DNA of 64,000 nucleotides from positions 186,001 to 250,000 of the forward strand of contig OZ025698.1 of NCBI GenBank assembly GCA_964019335.1, written 5' to 3'. Every line of letters starts with the position of its first letter. Position 1 is the stretch's first letter. Below the pieces are notes generated by a model. The model had not been told where the DNA came from. It worked only from the letters and a program-made list of their open reading frames with translations, and searched no databases. This DNA comes from Diplonema japonicum. Taxonomy: Eukaryota > Protista > Euglenozoa: Diplonemea. A program made the position numbers and the translations under genes. This document shows positions 1 to 10,087 of this stretch, one piece after another.

Positions 1-777
1 CCATTCGTTGTCTGCCAGCTGCTTGTTTCTAGTCATGGCGCCAGTCGAACTCAACAAGGTGGTGATAATCTTGTTCGCTTCTGTATAATCTCTGTTCCTG
101 CCGTCTTGGTTCCTGAACGTCAGCTGTGCTAGTTTTGAGGGCACGATGGCCAGGAAGCACAGGTTAGTGGCTGGGTTCACGGGGGATGGGAGGTACTTGC
201 CGTTAAGGTAAAGCATCGTTGCCTCGGCACCCGCAGGGGTCTCGAACTGTACCACAATCTGGTTTTTGGAATCTTTGGTGAAGGAAGAGATCTTCTCGAC
301 CTTGGCGATCTGTGTGAAGACCCAGAAGAGCTCGTCGATGGCTACCTTCTGTGTCAGCTCCTTGAGCACAACGAGAAGGAGCCGGGAGTTGGTGTAGATG
401 GGTGCCTGCGGTTGGGTGATGCGGCCCTTGTTCTGGGCACGGATTTCAGGCTTGTCAGAGTACACAAGGTTGAGGGGGTGGATGCCATTGGCCCTCTTCA
501 GAACGATGCTAGGGGGGTCGAACACGAACTGGGCCATGACGGTTCGCGCAGCCCAGATGTCGGCAAACTGCACGAATCCAAGCATCCTGTCATGCAGCAC
601 AAGGGCTTTTACACACTTCGTGTTCATCTTCGCCCCAATCACAATGCCACTGCCATTTCTAGGCTCATAAATGAAGGACTCTGCCCACAACGACAACTCC
701 TGTTCTGTGGTGCCCTGCGGCAGGGAACGCACCATGATCACGGGGCTTGCACCATCAGCTTGCGGAGTCCATCTCAT
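1..777 (-). CDS. Polypyrimidine-tract-binding (PTB/hnRNP L-like) RRM protein, 3' end truncated by window edge
   Basis: Manual translation MRWTPQADGASPVIMVRSLPQGTTEQEL...LGFVQFAD...SRLLLVVLKELTQKVAIDELFWVFTQIAKVEKISSFTKDSKNQIVVQF gives two PTB-type RRMs. ATG preceded by ACAACAG acceptor. Absent from the ORF track because there is no stop in the window. Confidence 0.8.
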   Translation of the reverse strand, partial: MRWTPQADGASPVIMVRSLPQGTTEQELSLWAESFIYEPRNGSGIVIGAKMNTKCVKALVLHDRMLGFVQFADIWAARTVMAQFVFDPPSIVLKRANGIHPLNLVYSDKPEIRAQNKGRITQPQAPIYTNSRLLLVVLKELTQKVAIDELFWVFTQIAKVEKISSFTKDSKNQIVVQFETPAGAEATMLYLNGKYLPSPVNPATNLCFLAIVPSKLAQLTFRNQDGRNRDYTEANKIITTLLSSTGAMTRNKQLADNEW

Positions 778-1298
778 TGTATACTGTTGTGAGTGAAGGT
801 GAAGTCGTTTGGATACGTGGAAAGAGAAACGAGAAAAGAAAAAGAGGGGGGGGGGGGGATGACGAAATATGTAACAAAAAGGGAACGAGCCTAATAAAGA
901 AAAAAAGAGAGGGTGTAGAGAGGAGAATTATTTTCTTTTTTTTTTAAAAAAGAACAATTCCCTTTCCCTTTGTGCCCCCTCCCTCCTCCTACCCTTTATG
1001 TAGCCTTAATGAACACTTGCGACTTATGATAATCCTTTTACACTCGTCCGAGAAAAGGAACAGGAAAAAAGAAAACTTATTGAGAAAAATAAAAAAATGG
1101 CAAAATAAAAATAACAAAAGAGAGGAGGCAACGAGGGGACTGGGGGGCAAATGATAAAGACAAATAATAAATAAAATAAAATAAAGCTGTTACTGACTAG
1201 GCTACAGGTTTTGGCTACCGGCTGCGGGTTTTGAAAAGGGAAACTCGCTTCACGTCATCTAGAACTTTCCACCCTGTGGTGTGTCACTAGATTGTAAG

Positions 1299-2321
1299 TC
1301 ATACCTTCTTGCCACCCTTTCCACCCTTCTTACCGCCCTTACCCTTGCCCTTGCCCTTGCCATCGCCCTTCTTTCCGCCCTTCTCACCCTTGAAGCCGCC
1401 CTTCTTACCACCCTTCTCACCCTTGAAGCCACCCTTCTTGCCGCCCTTGTCACCCTTGAAACCACCCTTCTTGCCGCCCTTGTCACCCTTACCACCCTTT
1501 TTGCCGCCCTTGCCCTTGCCCTTACCCTTACCAGCAGCAGGTGCGTTCTTCTGGACACCCGACGTAGGGGGGTCTGATACTTCCATGGCAATGGGCTTGC
1601 CGTCGTTAGCGGCAGTGCCCTTCTTTGCCTTCTCACCCTGTAGTTGTGTGCTGTGTTGTTACCACCCTGTGTATACCTCTTCGGCAAACTGCATGGCGGC
1701 GTCGGCTGCCTCCTGGTTTACGAAGGTGATCCACCCGTACCCGAGGAAGGACTTGTCGGACTTGGACAACCCCCACAGGACTTGAGAGATGTTCTCCTTC
1801 CCGAAGAGCGTCTCGCTCTTCACATCGTCGAAGTCGTCGGAGAGGTTCGACAGCTTCAGCGACACGGTCGCCGCTGCCTCCTCATCCTCATCCTCGTCGT
1901 CCTCCTCCTCATCCCCCTCCTCATCTTCTTCATCTTCATCATCATCATCCTCACCTTCCTGCTCGGCAGCCTTGGGAGCTCCCTCAACGGGCTCTTCATC
2001 TTCATCATCTTCATCATCTTCTTCCTCCTCCTCCTCCTCCTCCTCTTCCATCTCGACTTCTTCCATCTCCTCATCAGAGTCCATCGCCTGGGGGTCCATG
2101 GCAGGAAGCTCGTCCTCATCCTCCTCTTCGTCCTCCTCCTCGATCTCAGGCTCAGGTTCAGGCACGGGTGCGGGGGGCGCCTTCTTCTTGCCCTTTACAA
2201 CCTTTGCGGTCTTCGCCACCGCAACAGCCTTTGTGGCACCAGTAGCAGGAACATCAACCTTTCTCTTCTTGGCGGGCACTTCAGCCCTGCTGGCGGCCTT
2301 CATCACTCTCTTTGCGGGCAT
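1299..2321 (-). CDS. Nucleolin/Nsr1-like protein: basic N-terminus, acidic tract, RRM, Gly/Lys-rich (KGG) tail; 1 intron
   Basis: ORFs 1659-2321 and 1299-1586 join in frame via 39-nt GT-AG intron 1638-1676. RNP2-like LKLSNL, RNP1-like LGYGWITF. Confidence 0.75.
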
Positions 2322-2416
2322 TTTGTTATGTATGTGTGAGTAATCTGCGATATGGTGAAACTTTCTTACAGCGCAAGCATCAATACTCTATGGTCTAACG
2401 GATTGTGAAACAACAT

Positions 2417-4720
2417 CTAGTTTGGTCTAAGGGCCCTTCTGAATCTATCTGCCCGTGCGCGCTCGGCCGAGACGGAGAGACCGCTGGAAGACGAAGGGGG
2501 TGGGGTAGAAGGGGAGCGCGACGGGGAACGTGAAGGTGAAGCTGAAGATGGTGGTGGCGAGGGGTCAGAAGGAAGGGGGAGAGGTGATTTCAAGAGGTAT
2601 CCCGCGCCAGGGATGTCATAGCCAGTGGGTGTCACGGGCGTGTCATGAGAGGCAGTAGACTTCTTGCGCTGTTGTTGCCTTTGGCGGTAAAGGGAATGGT
2701 ACGTTGGCACTGTGGGGCCTTGCACTTGATCGCTGAGATCAATTTTCACCGATGTCGGGCTCTCTTCTTGCCCTCCTCTTGTAGCTCTGCCTCTGGGCCT
2801 CCTTTCCTCGTCCCTCCATTTTGTTGGTGTCACAGGCAACTGCTCTCTGCGGACCCTGTTGCGCTCAACCCTCTCTCGAAGCTCTGTGGCAGCTGCCTTT
2901 GTCTCTGCAGGGGTACGTCTTGACATAAATTTTTCCCTCCTTTCGTTTCTGTCAGGAATCAGTTTAACGCCCATTGCCAAGGGCTGATCTCCTACGTGAC
3001 AGCTGCAGAAGCTCTTCGTACAGTTTTCAACGTGCTTCGGCGAGGAAAACCTCCTCGGTGGTGATATTTTGTGGTGATGGTGCACCGGTGTGCTTGCCTG
3101 GTCTGCTGGTCGTTCATTTCTCACCGGCGAGGGGGACATCCTCTGGAGGTAGATTTGGTGGGGTGAGGATATGGGTTGCTGCTCTTTGGTGTGAAGGTTC
3201 TGCAAAAAGGACAACTGGTCCTCCACTTGCTTTTGCAACATGTCGCTGTGTGCAGTGCCCCGCTTAGTGTGGAGCTCTATCAAGTTCTGGAGCTGTGACT
3301 GCAAACGTTGTTGCTCTCGGATTTTTTCAGCCTTCACGTTTTCGACCTCTTGCCGTAGCTGGTTCTGCTGCTTCTCCAAAGCATCGACGAAGCTGCTCGC
3401 TCTGGCTCTCTCCATGTACCTGGTGCTTGTCTCTTCCTCAAGCATATTAGAAACCTTCTCTAGCTCTTGGGTCGCGACGAGTTTCTCGTCACGCCACCTC
3501 TTCTGCTGCCCTTCTAGTTCGCAAGCCACGCTGTCTAGTTGTTCTTTCGTCTCCCTATGACACTCCACCTCCTTCAGAAGTGATTCGTACTTTGATTCGT
3601 TCTCCCTTGTTAACTCTCGCGACTTCTCTGCTTCTTCATGTAACCGGGACTTGGCGTCCTCGAGCTGCTGCTCTAGGTAGTCGACCTTGTGGTTGAGAGG
3701 GTCCTCCGTGGGCACGTCCTGCCAGTCTACAGGGTCCCCCTCTATGCCGTCCAAGCCCAAGGGTGACTCTCTCGAGCTGTTGATGGGCGATGTGGCCCAG
3801 CTGTTGAGCACGGGTAGCTTGGTCTTGATGGGGGACACGTTGATGACGTCGTAATACGAAGATGGCAGCAGTGGTGGTGTAGACGAAATAGCCGACTGGG
3901 CATCGATGACTATCGTCCGCAAACTGGTAGGGGTGGCTGTAGTGGGGGGTGGGGGGGGTGCAGTGGTTGTTGTAGTTTGGGATAGTGACTGCTGTGACCG
4001 CAATTGCGACTGAGGCAACAACTGCGCATTCAGAGGCACGTGAGGCCCTTGTAACTGTGGTTGTGGGGCCGCTGCTTGCATGATGAGAACTTCTTTTTCC
4101 ATAAGTGTGGGCTTTGATGGCTGGAACTGTTGGGCAGCTGTGACCTGTGGCTGCATGCGTTCAGGCTGCTCCGCTTGCGCAACAACAGATACAGCAGCAT
4201 GTGGCTGCGTGTGTGCACGTGGCTGTTGTAGTTGTTGCAGAGGGACCCGCGTCCGTTTGGGCGGGCGATCCCTGAGGTGCAGCACGATAGGGTCCTCATC
4301 ATGGTCTGATATCCATGAGGACACCGAATTTACTCGGGGGATTCTTGCTTTGATGGGAGACACGCTCGGAACAGGAGTAAGCACCTTCTGCGGCTTCTTC
4401 TTCCCCGGGGACAAACTGTACCCCACAATCAGATCGTCTTCGTTCCTGTGTAAATATAGCATGCCCTCCTCACAAAGCTTCTTGATCCTGTCCTGCCTTG
4501 CTCGGCTTGCTGTATGGTCTGGAACCTGCATAAGTAACTCCCTCTGAGGCTCTCTCTGAGGCGATGCTGGGCTGCTTTGCGGGGGGCTCAACGAGAGATT
4601 GTCTGCGTCGCATATCATCGGAGAGGCGTCAGGCGGCGTGTCCTCCTCCCATAGCATTCGTGCACGGTCCCTGATGTCCCTACGCCTTGTAGGGGATACC
4701 CTGCGGTCACCTGTTATCAT
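2417..4720 (-). CDS. Hypothetical 767-aa protein, low-complexity with central coiled coil
   Basis: Long ORF on the cluster strand; E/Q/L heptad region, S/P-rich ends. Confidence 0.75.
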   Translation of the reverse strand: MITGDRRVSPTRRRDIRDRARMLWEEDTPPDASPMICDADNLSLSPPQSSPASPQREPQRELLMQVPDHTASRARQDRIKKLCEEGMLYLHRNEDDLIVGYSLSPGKKKPQKVLTPVPSVSPIKARIPRVNSVSSWISDHDEDPIVLHLRDRPPKRTRVPLQQLQQPRAHTQPHAAVSVVAQAEQPERMQPQVTAAQQFQPSKPTLMEKEVLIMQAAAPQPQLQGPHVPLNAQLLPQSQLRSQQSLSQTTTTTAPPPPPTTATPTSLRTIVIDAQSAISSTPPLLPSSYYDVINVSPIKTKLPVLNSWATSPINSSRESPLGLDGIEGDPVDWQDVPTEDPLNHKVDYLEQQLEDAKSRLHEEAEKSRELTRENESKYESLLKEVECHRETKEQLDSVACELEGQQKRWRDEKLVATQELEKVSNMLEEETSTRYMERARASSFVDALEKQQNQLRQEVENVKAEKIREQQRLQSQLQNLIELHTKRGTAHSDMLQKQVEDQLSFLQNLHTKEQQPISSPHQIYLQRMSPSPVRNERPADQASTPVHHHHKISPPRRFSSPKHVENCTKSFCSCHVGDQPLAMGVKLIPDRNERREKFMSRRTPAETKAAATELRERVERNRVRREQLPVTPTKWRDEERRPRGRATRGGQEESPTSVKIDLSDQVQGPTVPTYHSLYRQRQQQRKKSTASHDTPVTPTGYDIPGAGYLLKSPLPLPSDPSPPPSSASPSRSPSRSPSTPPPSSSSGLSVSAERARADRFRRALRPN

Positions 4721-5075
4721 GGTTCAGACTCAGAGAAAGGTCAGAGCCAGAAAGTGCTGTTATGGGTTTACTTCAAAAAACTGATGAACAGTTCAAACAA
4801 AGACAAGAGTTAACTCTAAACTACAGGGGCACATGGCCCGAAAAGCAACCCCTTTTTATAGCACTCCGCTTCATTGCTGACACCGCTAACTTCTATGCAG
4901 CTAGCACCCTGCTTGTGGTGCCTTGTTGTGTACCCTTTCTCTAAAGCATGCTTCTTTGGAGTGAGTTTGGTGTTCTTGTGGCACAAAAGCCCCCCAGACA
5001 TGTGTAAGAGCTGCTATGCAATGATGCCAACAGACGGTTCAAAAAGGAAATAAAGTGTCCAATAACACAGCTCGA

Positions 5076-5543
5076 TCACCCATTCCGTACAACGCTCTGC
5101 GCTGCCTTGATCCAAAGCGGCAGTTCGACCAATCTGTGCACTTTGGTGCGGATCTTGTCGTCTAAGTACTCCGATATTTCGCTCAGGTTCGGCGTGGGGG
5201 TGTTCAGAACCATCTGCGACAAGGTATACCGGATGGATCCCTCGACTTCTGTGCTCTCAGCTTCCAGCTCCGATACGTTCTGTTTTGCTTTTGTCTTCAC
5301 TTCTGTTACAGTCATGTCATCACCGCCACCTGCCTCCAGGATTTGCGCCCTCACCACATCCCGTGCTGCTTCCCACCTCTGCTTCCCCTCATCCACTTCT
5401 GTGAGGTACCCTTCCATCTCTGAGACGTACTTCTCTATCACCGACAATGCCGCCTGTGCTAGCTCCGCACCCTCGCTGCCTTCAGGTACTTGCAGCCACG
5501 TCATCATGTGCTCGTTGCTCACATATTTCAATATTGACCCCAT
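5076..5543 (-). CDS. Hypothetical helical protein, 155 aa
   Basis: ATG immediately follows CCACAG; same strand as neighbours; globular composition. Confidence 0.65.
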   Translation of the reverse strand: MGSILKYVSNEHMMTWLQVPEGSEGAELAQAALSVIEKYVSEMEGYLTEVDEGKQRWEAARDVVRAQILEAGGGDDMTVTEVKTKAKQNVSELEAESTEVEGSIRYTLSQMVLNTPTPNLSEISEYLDDKIRTKVHRLVELPLWIKAAQSVVRNG

Positions 5544-5608
5544 CTGTGGGCTGTCGTGGCCGCATGAAAGAGAGGAAATATAAAACCGAACGTCTTATTC
5601 ACCACTAC

Positions 5609-7327
5609 CTACCCTACTAACTTACCGGTTACTTGTTTCACACTTTCCTTGCACATCGCCTCCATCGTGGCTAGCTCCGTCTTCGTGTTAATAACATACG
5701 TGAGTGCAGTTGGGTTGCAAGATGGGTACTTCAAGAAAACATGTTCCAGAAACCTTTCTAACGTCTGCACTGTGCACATCTTGAATTGGTCTCTGCTTAT
5801 GGTCTTTTCCCTGAAATGGGGGTCTAAGAAAACCTTTATCCCCTTCAGAGCGGCCGTACGTGTGGCAGGGCTCACTCGGATGCCTTTTTTGATAGTTATA
5901 AGCTTGGTTGCTGCGAACTCCCTTCGTCGCCTGACCTCCTCCGCGCCAGCACACACAGCGCCCAATGCAATGATAATCGCACTTCTAGCTGCATACACTT
6001 CTGCGTTGCTTCTCTTCTGTACTTTTCTCTTTCTTCTCATTTTCGCTCCTAATGCCGCCAGCATATCATCCATCCGGGACTTCTGTGCGCTGTCCATCTC
6101 CTCTCCAGGTACCGCAACAGGTTTTGCGGGTTTTGTAGTTTTAGCCTGTTTTGCCATCCTTGCTGCCTTCAGATACTCAGATGCTGACAGTGTCCTCCTG
6201 GGTGTGGTATCTTCTTCTCGCGACTTTATTTCTGGTGAAGGTGGTTCCTGGCTATCAAAAGACTGAGATAAACCTTGGGACCCCAGACGGTCCAAGGCCT
6301 GGGAGAGGCTCCTTTGGCTTTGGGATTGCGTCCGTTGCGATGGCGACTGCGCTGGGTGGTTGGCGAAGCCCCTGCGAAGATCAACCATGCTGCGGTGCTT
6401 TTGTGCGGAGTGCAACTTAGCCTCTACAGTCCTCCTCTCCTTGGGGTGCTTGATCATGTGAAGGAGACCAGCTTGTGCATTTGGGTTTTTCGGTGGGGGG
6501 GGAGGAACAAGAGGGACGCCGGTGTAGTCAGGAATGAGGGGCGGCGTGAAGCTGAACAAAACCCTCTGAGAAGCGGGAGGGGGTGCAAGGGACTGCGAGG
6601 AAGATGGCTCCTCCGGTGGCGGTGGGGGATGGCTAATGACACGCGATACCAGCTGGGGCTTTGGTCTTGTCTCCGAGGGCTCAGGGGTGAGGGCAGCAGG
6701 GGTGGGGGGGAGGGGCGCTGCGGCGCATTCGTCTTCCTCTTCATCCTCGTAAGGCAAGGCGACAGCTGGTGCATCGCCTGTAAAGTTCCCAGGCAGGTTG
6801 TGTTTTTTGACGCACTCAGTGCAATAGAAGTCGCCTTCCTCGGGGGGTTCATCCACTGCCGGCACACAGCAGTACGAGTGTTGTTGGTTATCGCACCCGC
6901 TATAGTCGCAGTAAAAGAGCTTCTCAGGGAAGTCACCAGCACCGCATGTCATGCACGTCCCCCCGTCGCTGGACAGGTAGTCGTCGGAGTCGATCTCGTT
7001 GTCATAGTCATCAAAGTCCTTCCTCTTCACCTTCTTGGTGTACGTTACTTTGCCCTTTGCATTTAATTTCTTCAGTTTTTTAAACCTCCGTTTGCACATG
7101 GGGCACATGTTGCTTTTCTTGCTCCATGAGTGAATACAATCGTAGCAGAACTTATGCATGCAGGACAGCTCACCGGTTGGGACTTGCAATTCATCCTGAC
7201 AGATCGGGCAAATCTCCTCCTCCTCCTCCTCCTCTTCGCGTTTCCTCTTCTTCGACGGCGAGACTTTCGTGGCTGTGTGCGCCTCCTTGTCTAGGAATGC
7301 ATCTAGTGCTTCTAGAACATCTGTCAT
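5609..7327 (-). CDS. RING + PHD finger protein with C-terminal SRI-like motif (PHRF1/SCAF11-like)
   Basis: C3HC4 RING CPIC...CMHKFCYDC...CPMC; PHD CMTC...CD..GC...HSYC...CTEC; C-terminal IKVFLDPHFREKTISRDQFK. Confidence 0.8.
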   Translation of the reverse strand: MTDVLEALDAFLDKEAHTATKVSPSKKRKREEEEEEEEICPICQDELQVPTGELSCMHKFCYDCIHSWSKKSNMCPMCKRRFKKLKKLNAKGKVTYTKKVKRKDFDDYDNEIDSDDYLSSDGGTCMTCGAGDFPEKLFYCDYSGCDNQQHSYCCVPAVDEPPEEGDFYCTECVKKHNLPGNFTGDAPAVALPYEDEEEDECAAAPLPPTPAALTPEPSETRPKPQLVSRVISHPPPPPEEPSSSQSLAPPPASQRVLFSFTPPLIPDYTGVPLVPPPPPKNPNAQAGLLHMIKHPKERRTVEAKLHSAQKHRSMVDLRRGFANHPAQSPSQRTQSQSQRSLSQALDRLGSQGLSQSFDSQEPPSPEIKSREEDTTPRRTLSASEYLKAARMAKQAKTTKPAKPVAVPGEEMDSAQKSRMDDMLAALGAKMRRKRKVQKRSNAEVYAARSAIIIALGAVCAGAEEVRRRREFAATKLITIKKGIRVSPATRTAALKGIKVFLDPHFREKTISRDQFKMCTVQTLERFLEHVFLKYPSCNPTALTYVINTKTELATMEAMCKESVKQVTGKLVG

Positions 7328-7378
7328 TTTAACCCCCTTCCTTTGGTGGTTATCAAATGTGGACTCAGCTTCGCTAAA

Positions 7379-7954
7379 CTACTGTCTACCTTCTCCTGCT
7401 TTAGCAAGGTCCCACCAGCCCATTGTCTGGCCGTGGGACGCGTTCAAGATTTGTAGATCTTTGAAGCTGTTGATCTTACTTCGCTGTTCCAAGATTTTAG
7501 AAGCGCTGGGCTTCATGAGCTGCTGCAGAATGCTAGCTGCTGCGTCTGTGTTGTCTGCTGCAAGGTATACCTTCCGCAGAGCCCGCAGTACGGCAGCTGA
7601 TAGCAGGCCATGACCACGTGCCTTATGGAGCACCCTGTTAGCGAAAGCAATATCCTTTCGTTCTTCTGCAATGCGCAACCCCTCCACGATCTCTCTTTCT
7701 GTCAATCTGCTTGAAGTCCGCCGACCCCATGCCTCCACACCAGCGTCACTAGCATCTACTGACCTCTCTACAGATGCACCCTTCTGGGGGGTTTCCACCG
7801 GGTTCCGTAACAATTTCAACAATTTTTGATTCCTTGACATAATCGGGACTTCAAACTGCTTGCCCCTGTTCCCCTCCTTTGCGCTCAAAGGCGTTCCTGT
7901 GGCCTCGATCTCGTACATCTGCCTGCAGCATCGCGACACATTGCGGCTGAGCAT
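7379..7954 (-). CDS. Hypothetical protein, probable mitochondrial presequence
   Basis: 191-aa ORF starting MLSRNVSRCCR, downstream of ACACACAG acceptor. Confidence 0.65.
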   Translation of the reverse strand: MLSRNVSRCCRQMYEIEATGTPLSAKEGNRGKQFEVPIMSRNQKLLKLLRNPVETPQKGASVERSVDASDAGVEAWGRRTSSRLTEREIVEGLRIAEERKDIAFANRVLHKARGHGLLSAAVLRALRKVYLAADNTDAAASILQQLMKPSASKILEQRSKINSFKDLQILNASHGQTMGWWDLAKAGEGRQ

Positions 7955-8067
7955 TGGATCTGTGAGTGTGTGTCAAAATAATTGAGAAGATTAGCGAAGG
8001 GAGAGAATGAACGGATAAACTAATTTGCGTGATACGTCTACTCCTCCTTACTCCTCCTTACTCCTCT

Positions 8068-8658
8068 TTACGACTCCTTCTGTTCTTGTTGTTTTTGCTC
8101 TTCTTTCTTTGCAGTGACTGCCCTCCTGACTTCGCAGAATTTCAAGGCATCGGTCACGTCCTGAGGGTCCACTTGCACGCTCGCAACTTTAATGTGCGGC
8201 ACCAAGCGCCCTATGACTGCCATGAGGGCCTCGAGAGGTTGTTGGACCTTCTGCTGCTGCATGGCTGCACGCACTGCCGCTTCGATGGCAACACCCCCCA
8301 CGAGGTCTTTTACAAGGAAAGAAAGAACGCCTTGCGTGAGTAGAAGCTTGCCCTGATCCCTCTCCAGTGCTAAGCAGAGATACACTTTCTGCTTGAAAGT
8401 TTTCTCTGTCTCGTCCCACTCTGCAGGGATGTCGCTCACTACAGTCATCCCTGTGAACGCTTCTCGCACGTTGTCCAGGTCGCACTTCTCCGGCACTGCC
8501 ATCCATGCGTACTTGCACTCTAGCAGTTTCGCCTCGTTATACACATTCACTGCTGTCAGCTTCCCTTTCATGTTTTCCACAGCCGTGTTCGTGATCTCCC
8601 TCACATCCTTTTCCTTGTCATAAAACCCGACGAAGAACCTGTTCGCTGTCGCGGGCAT
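8068..8658 (-). CDS. Hypothetical protein, ~196 aa
   Basis: First ATG of the 8068-8682 ORF, after CACCACAG; coding-like composition. Confidence 0.65.
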   Translation of the reverse strand: MPATANRFFVGFYDKEKDVREITNTAVENMKGKLTAVNVYNEAKLLECKYAWMAVPEKCDLDNVREAFTGMTVVSDIPAEWDETEKTFKQKVYLCLALERDQGKLLLTQGVLSFLVKDLVGGVAIEAAVRAAMQQQKVQQPLEALMAVIGRLVPHIKVASVQVDPQDVTDALKFCEVRRAVTAKKEEQKQQEQKES

Positions 8659-8732
8659 CTTGCTGTGGTGCTGATACAACAAACCACCATCTCGTGTGAT
8701 GAAATACTAGGATACTAATGAAAAGAATATTG

Positions 8733-9851
8733 TCAAGGGAAGTTCGACTGCTTCGCATTTGTCGTGTGGGTCCTAAAGACACCTCCAGCAACCACACCAT
8801 TAGCAAGCTTGGGGGCAGAGTAGGGATCTGAGGCCCTTCTCGTAGTGAGAGGTGCCTGTGGGGGGAGATCGTCGTTTCCAACATTATGCAATGCTGCGTT
8901 CGGGTCTTTGTTGCCTTCGTCGAGTACTGTGGTGGTGAGGATGTGCTCTCCAGCTACCCCCGGTGCGAGGTTGAACACCGTCACTTCTGCATCTTGCTTC
9001 TCTGCCGTCGAATCTGCCTTCTTGCCCTTCGCCTCTGCAACTTCAGACGCCTCAACATCGAGGTACTTATGCGTCACCAGGATGTCGAGCCCCGCTCGTC
9101 TGGCGTCCGTTGTCACGAGCTTCGCACATATATCTTTTGCATCCTTTGTCATCTGTTTCGTCATCTGGTACAGTCCACGGCATATCCTGTTTACCAATTC
9201 TTCTTCGGGCCCATTATCGAAAGGTGCCACTCCATTCTCCAAGTAGAAGAGTGTCACGCCAAGCCCCCAGAGGTCACTCTTCTCGTGCTTGGGGTTCCGC
9301 CGCTCGTCCGGACGGAGGAGCTCAGGGGCTAAGAAGTTGATGTGCGTGTTGCGGTGTTTTATAAACTGTGACGGTTGGGAGACCCGGGTTGCGTTCGTGA
9401 ATCCTGAAAGCTTCACCTCATCAAAGGGGGACAGCATAACGTTACCGGGGTGCACCTCACGATGGGCCACACCCCTGGAGTGCACATGCATGACCGCCAG
9501 GGTCAGCTGTGTAAATACTTCTCTCACCAACTCTTTGGTCATCCCCTCACGATACCGCACCTTCAAGTTCTTGCAGCTGTACTCCACGATCACGTAGATA
9601 GCATGCTTGGACTGCATCACGTCGAAAAACTGCAGCACGTGTTTGTATCGCAGCCTTTTGAGCAGCTCAATTTCCTTCTGCAGCTCATCCTGCCGCAAAG
9701 TCTTCACAAGCAGTGTCTTATCCACCTTCTTACAGATCACGTCCCGCCCGGACAGACTGCTCTTTGCCTTGTACAGCTTGCTCATAGACCCGTTGGCGAT
9801 GCAGAAGTCCTCTGAGATCAGGTACTTCCCGACCTTCTTCGGTGCCGACAT
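8733..9851 (-). CDS. CAMK/SNF1-CIPK-like protein kinase fold, predicted pseudokinase
   Basis: KKVGKY start, VICK lysine, HREVHPGN in place of HRDxKxxN, SGF in place of DFG, APE and DLWGLGV retained. Confidence 0.8.
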   Translation of the reverse strand: MSAPKKVGKYLISEDFCIANGSMSKLYKAKSSLSGRDVICKKVDKTLLVKTLRQDELQKEIELLKRLRYKHVLQFFDVMQSKHAIYVIVEYSCKNLKVRYREGMTKELVREVFTQLTLAVMHVHSRGVAHREVHPGNVMLSPFDEVKLSGFTNATRVSQPSQFIKHRNTHINFLAPELLRPDERRNPKHEKSDLWGLGVTLFYLENGVAPFDNGPEEELVNRICRGLYQMTKQMTKDAKDICAKLVTTDARRAGLDILVTHKYLDVEASEVAEAKGKKADSTAEKQDAEVTVFNLAPGVAGEHILTTTVLDEGNKDPNAALHNVGNDDLPPQAPLTTRRASDPYSAPKLANGVVAGGVFRTHTTNAKQSNFP

Positions 9852-10087
9852 TTTTGTCTGTGTCTGCAGTGTGGTGTTATGTGTTGCATGTTCTTTCTTC
9901 ATGTGAATAGTTAAGAGAAGCAATGCAGCGAATGGGTGAAACATAATGAAACATGCCAACGGAGCCAGCTTGGATAGAAGCAGCATTGATACCTCCCACG
10001 TGGTCTCCATATTGCACAGATCGGAACCACCGTTCTCTCAAAGGAACAGAAGGGTGTAAACAGGTGTATAGAAGCAGCTATGGAACA

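Noticed and set aside
4762-5075. 61-aa ORF 4816-5001 or small RNAs in this gap
   Set aside because: No coding bias, motif or box elements I can support.
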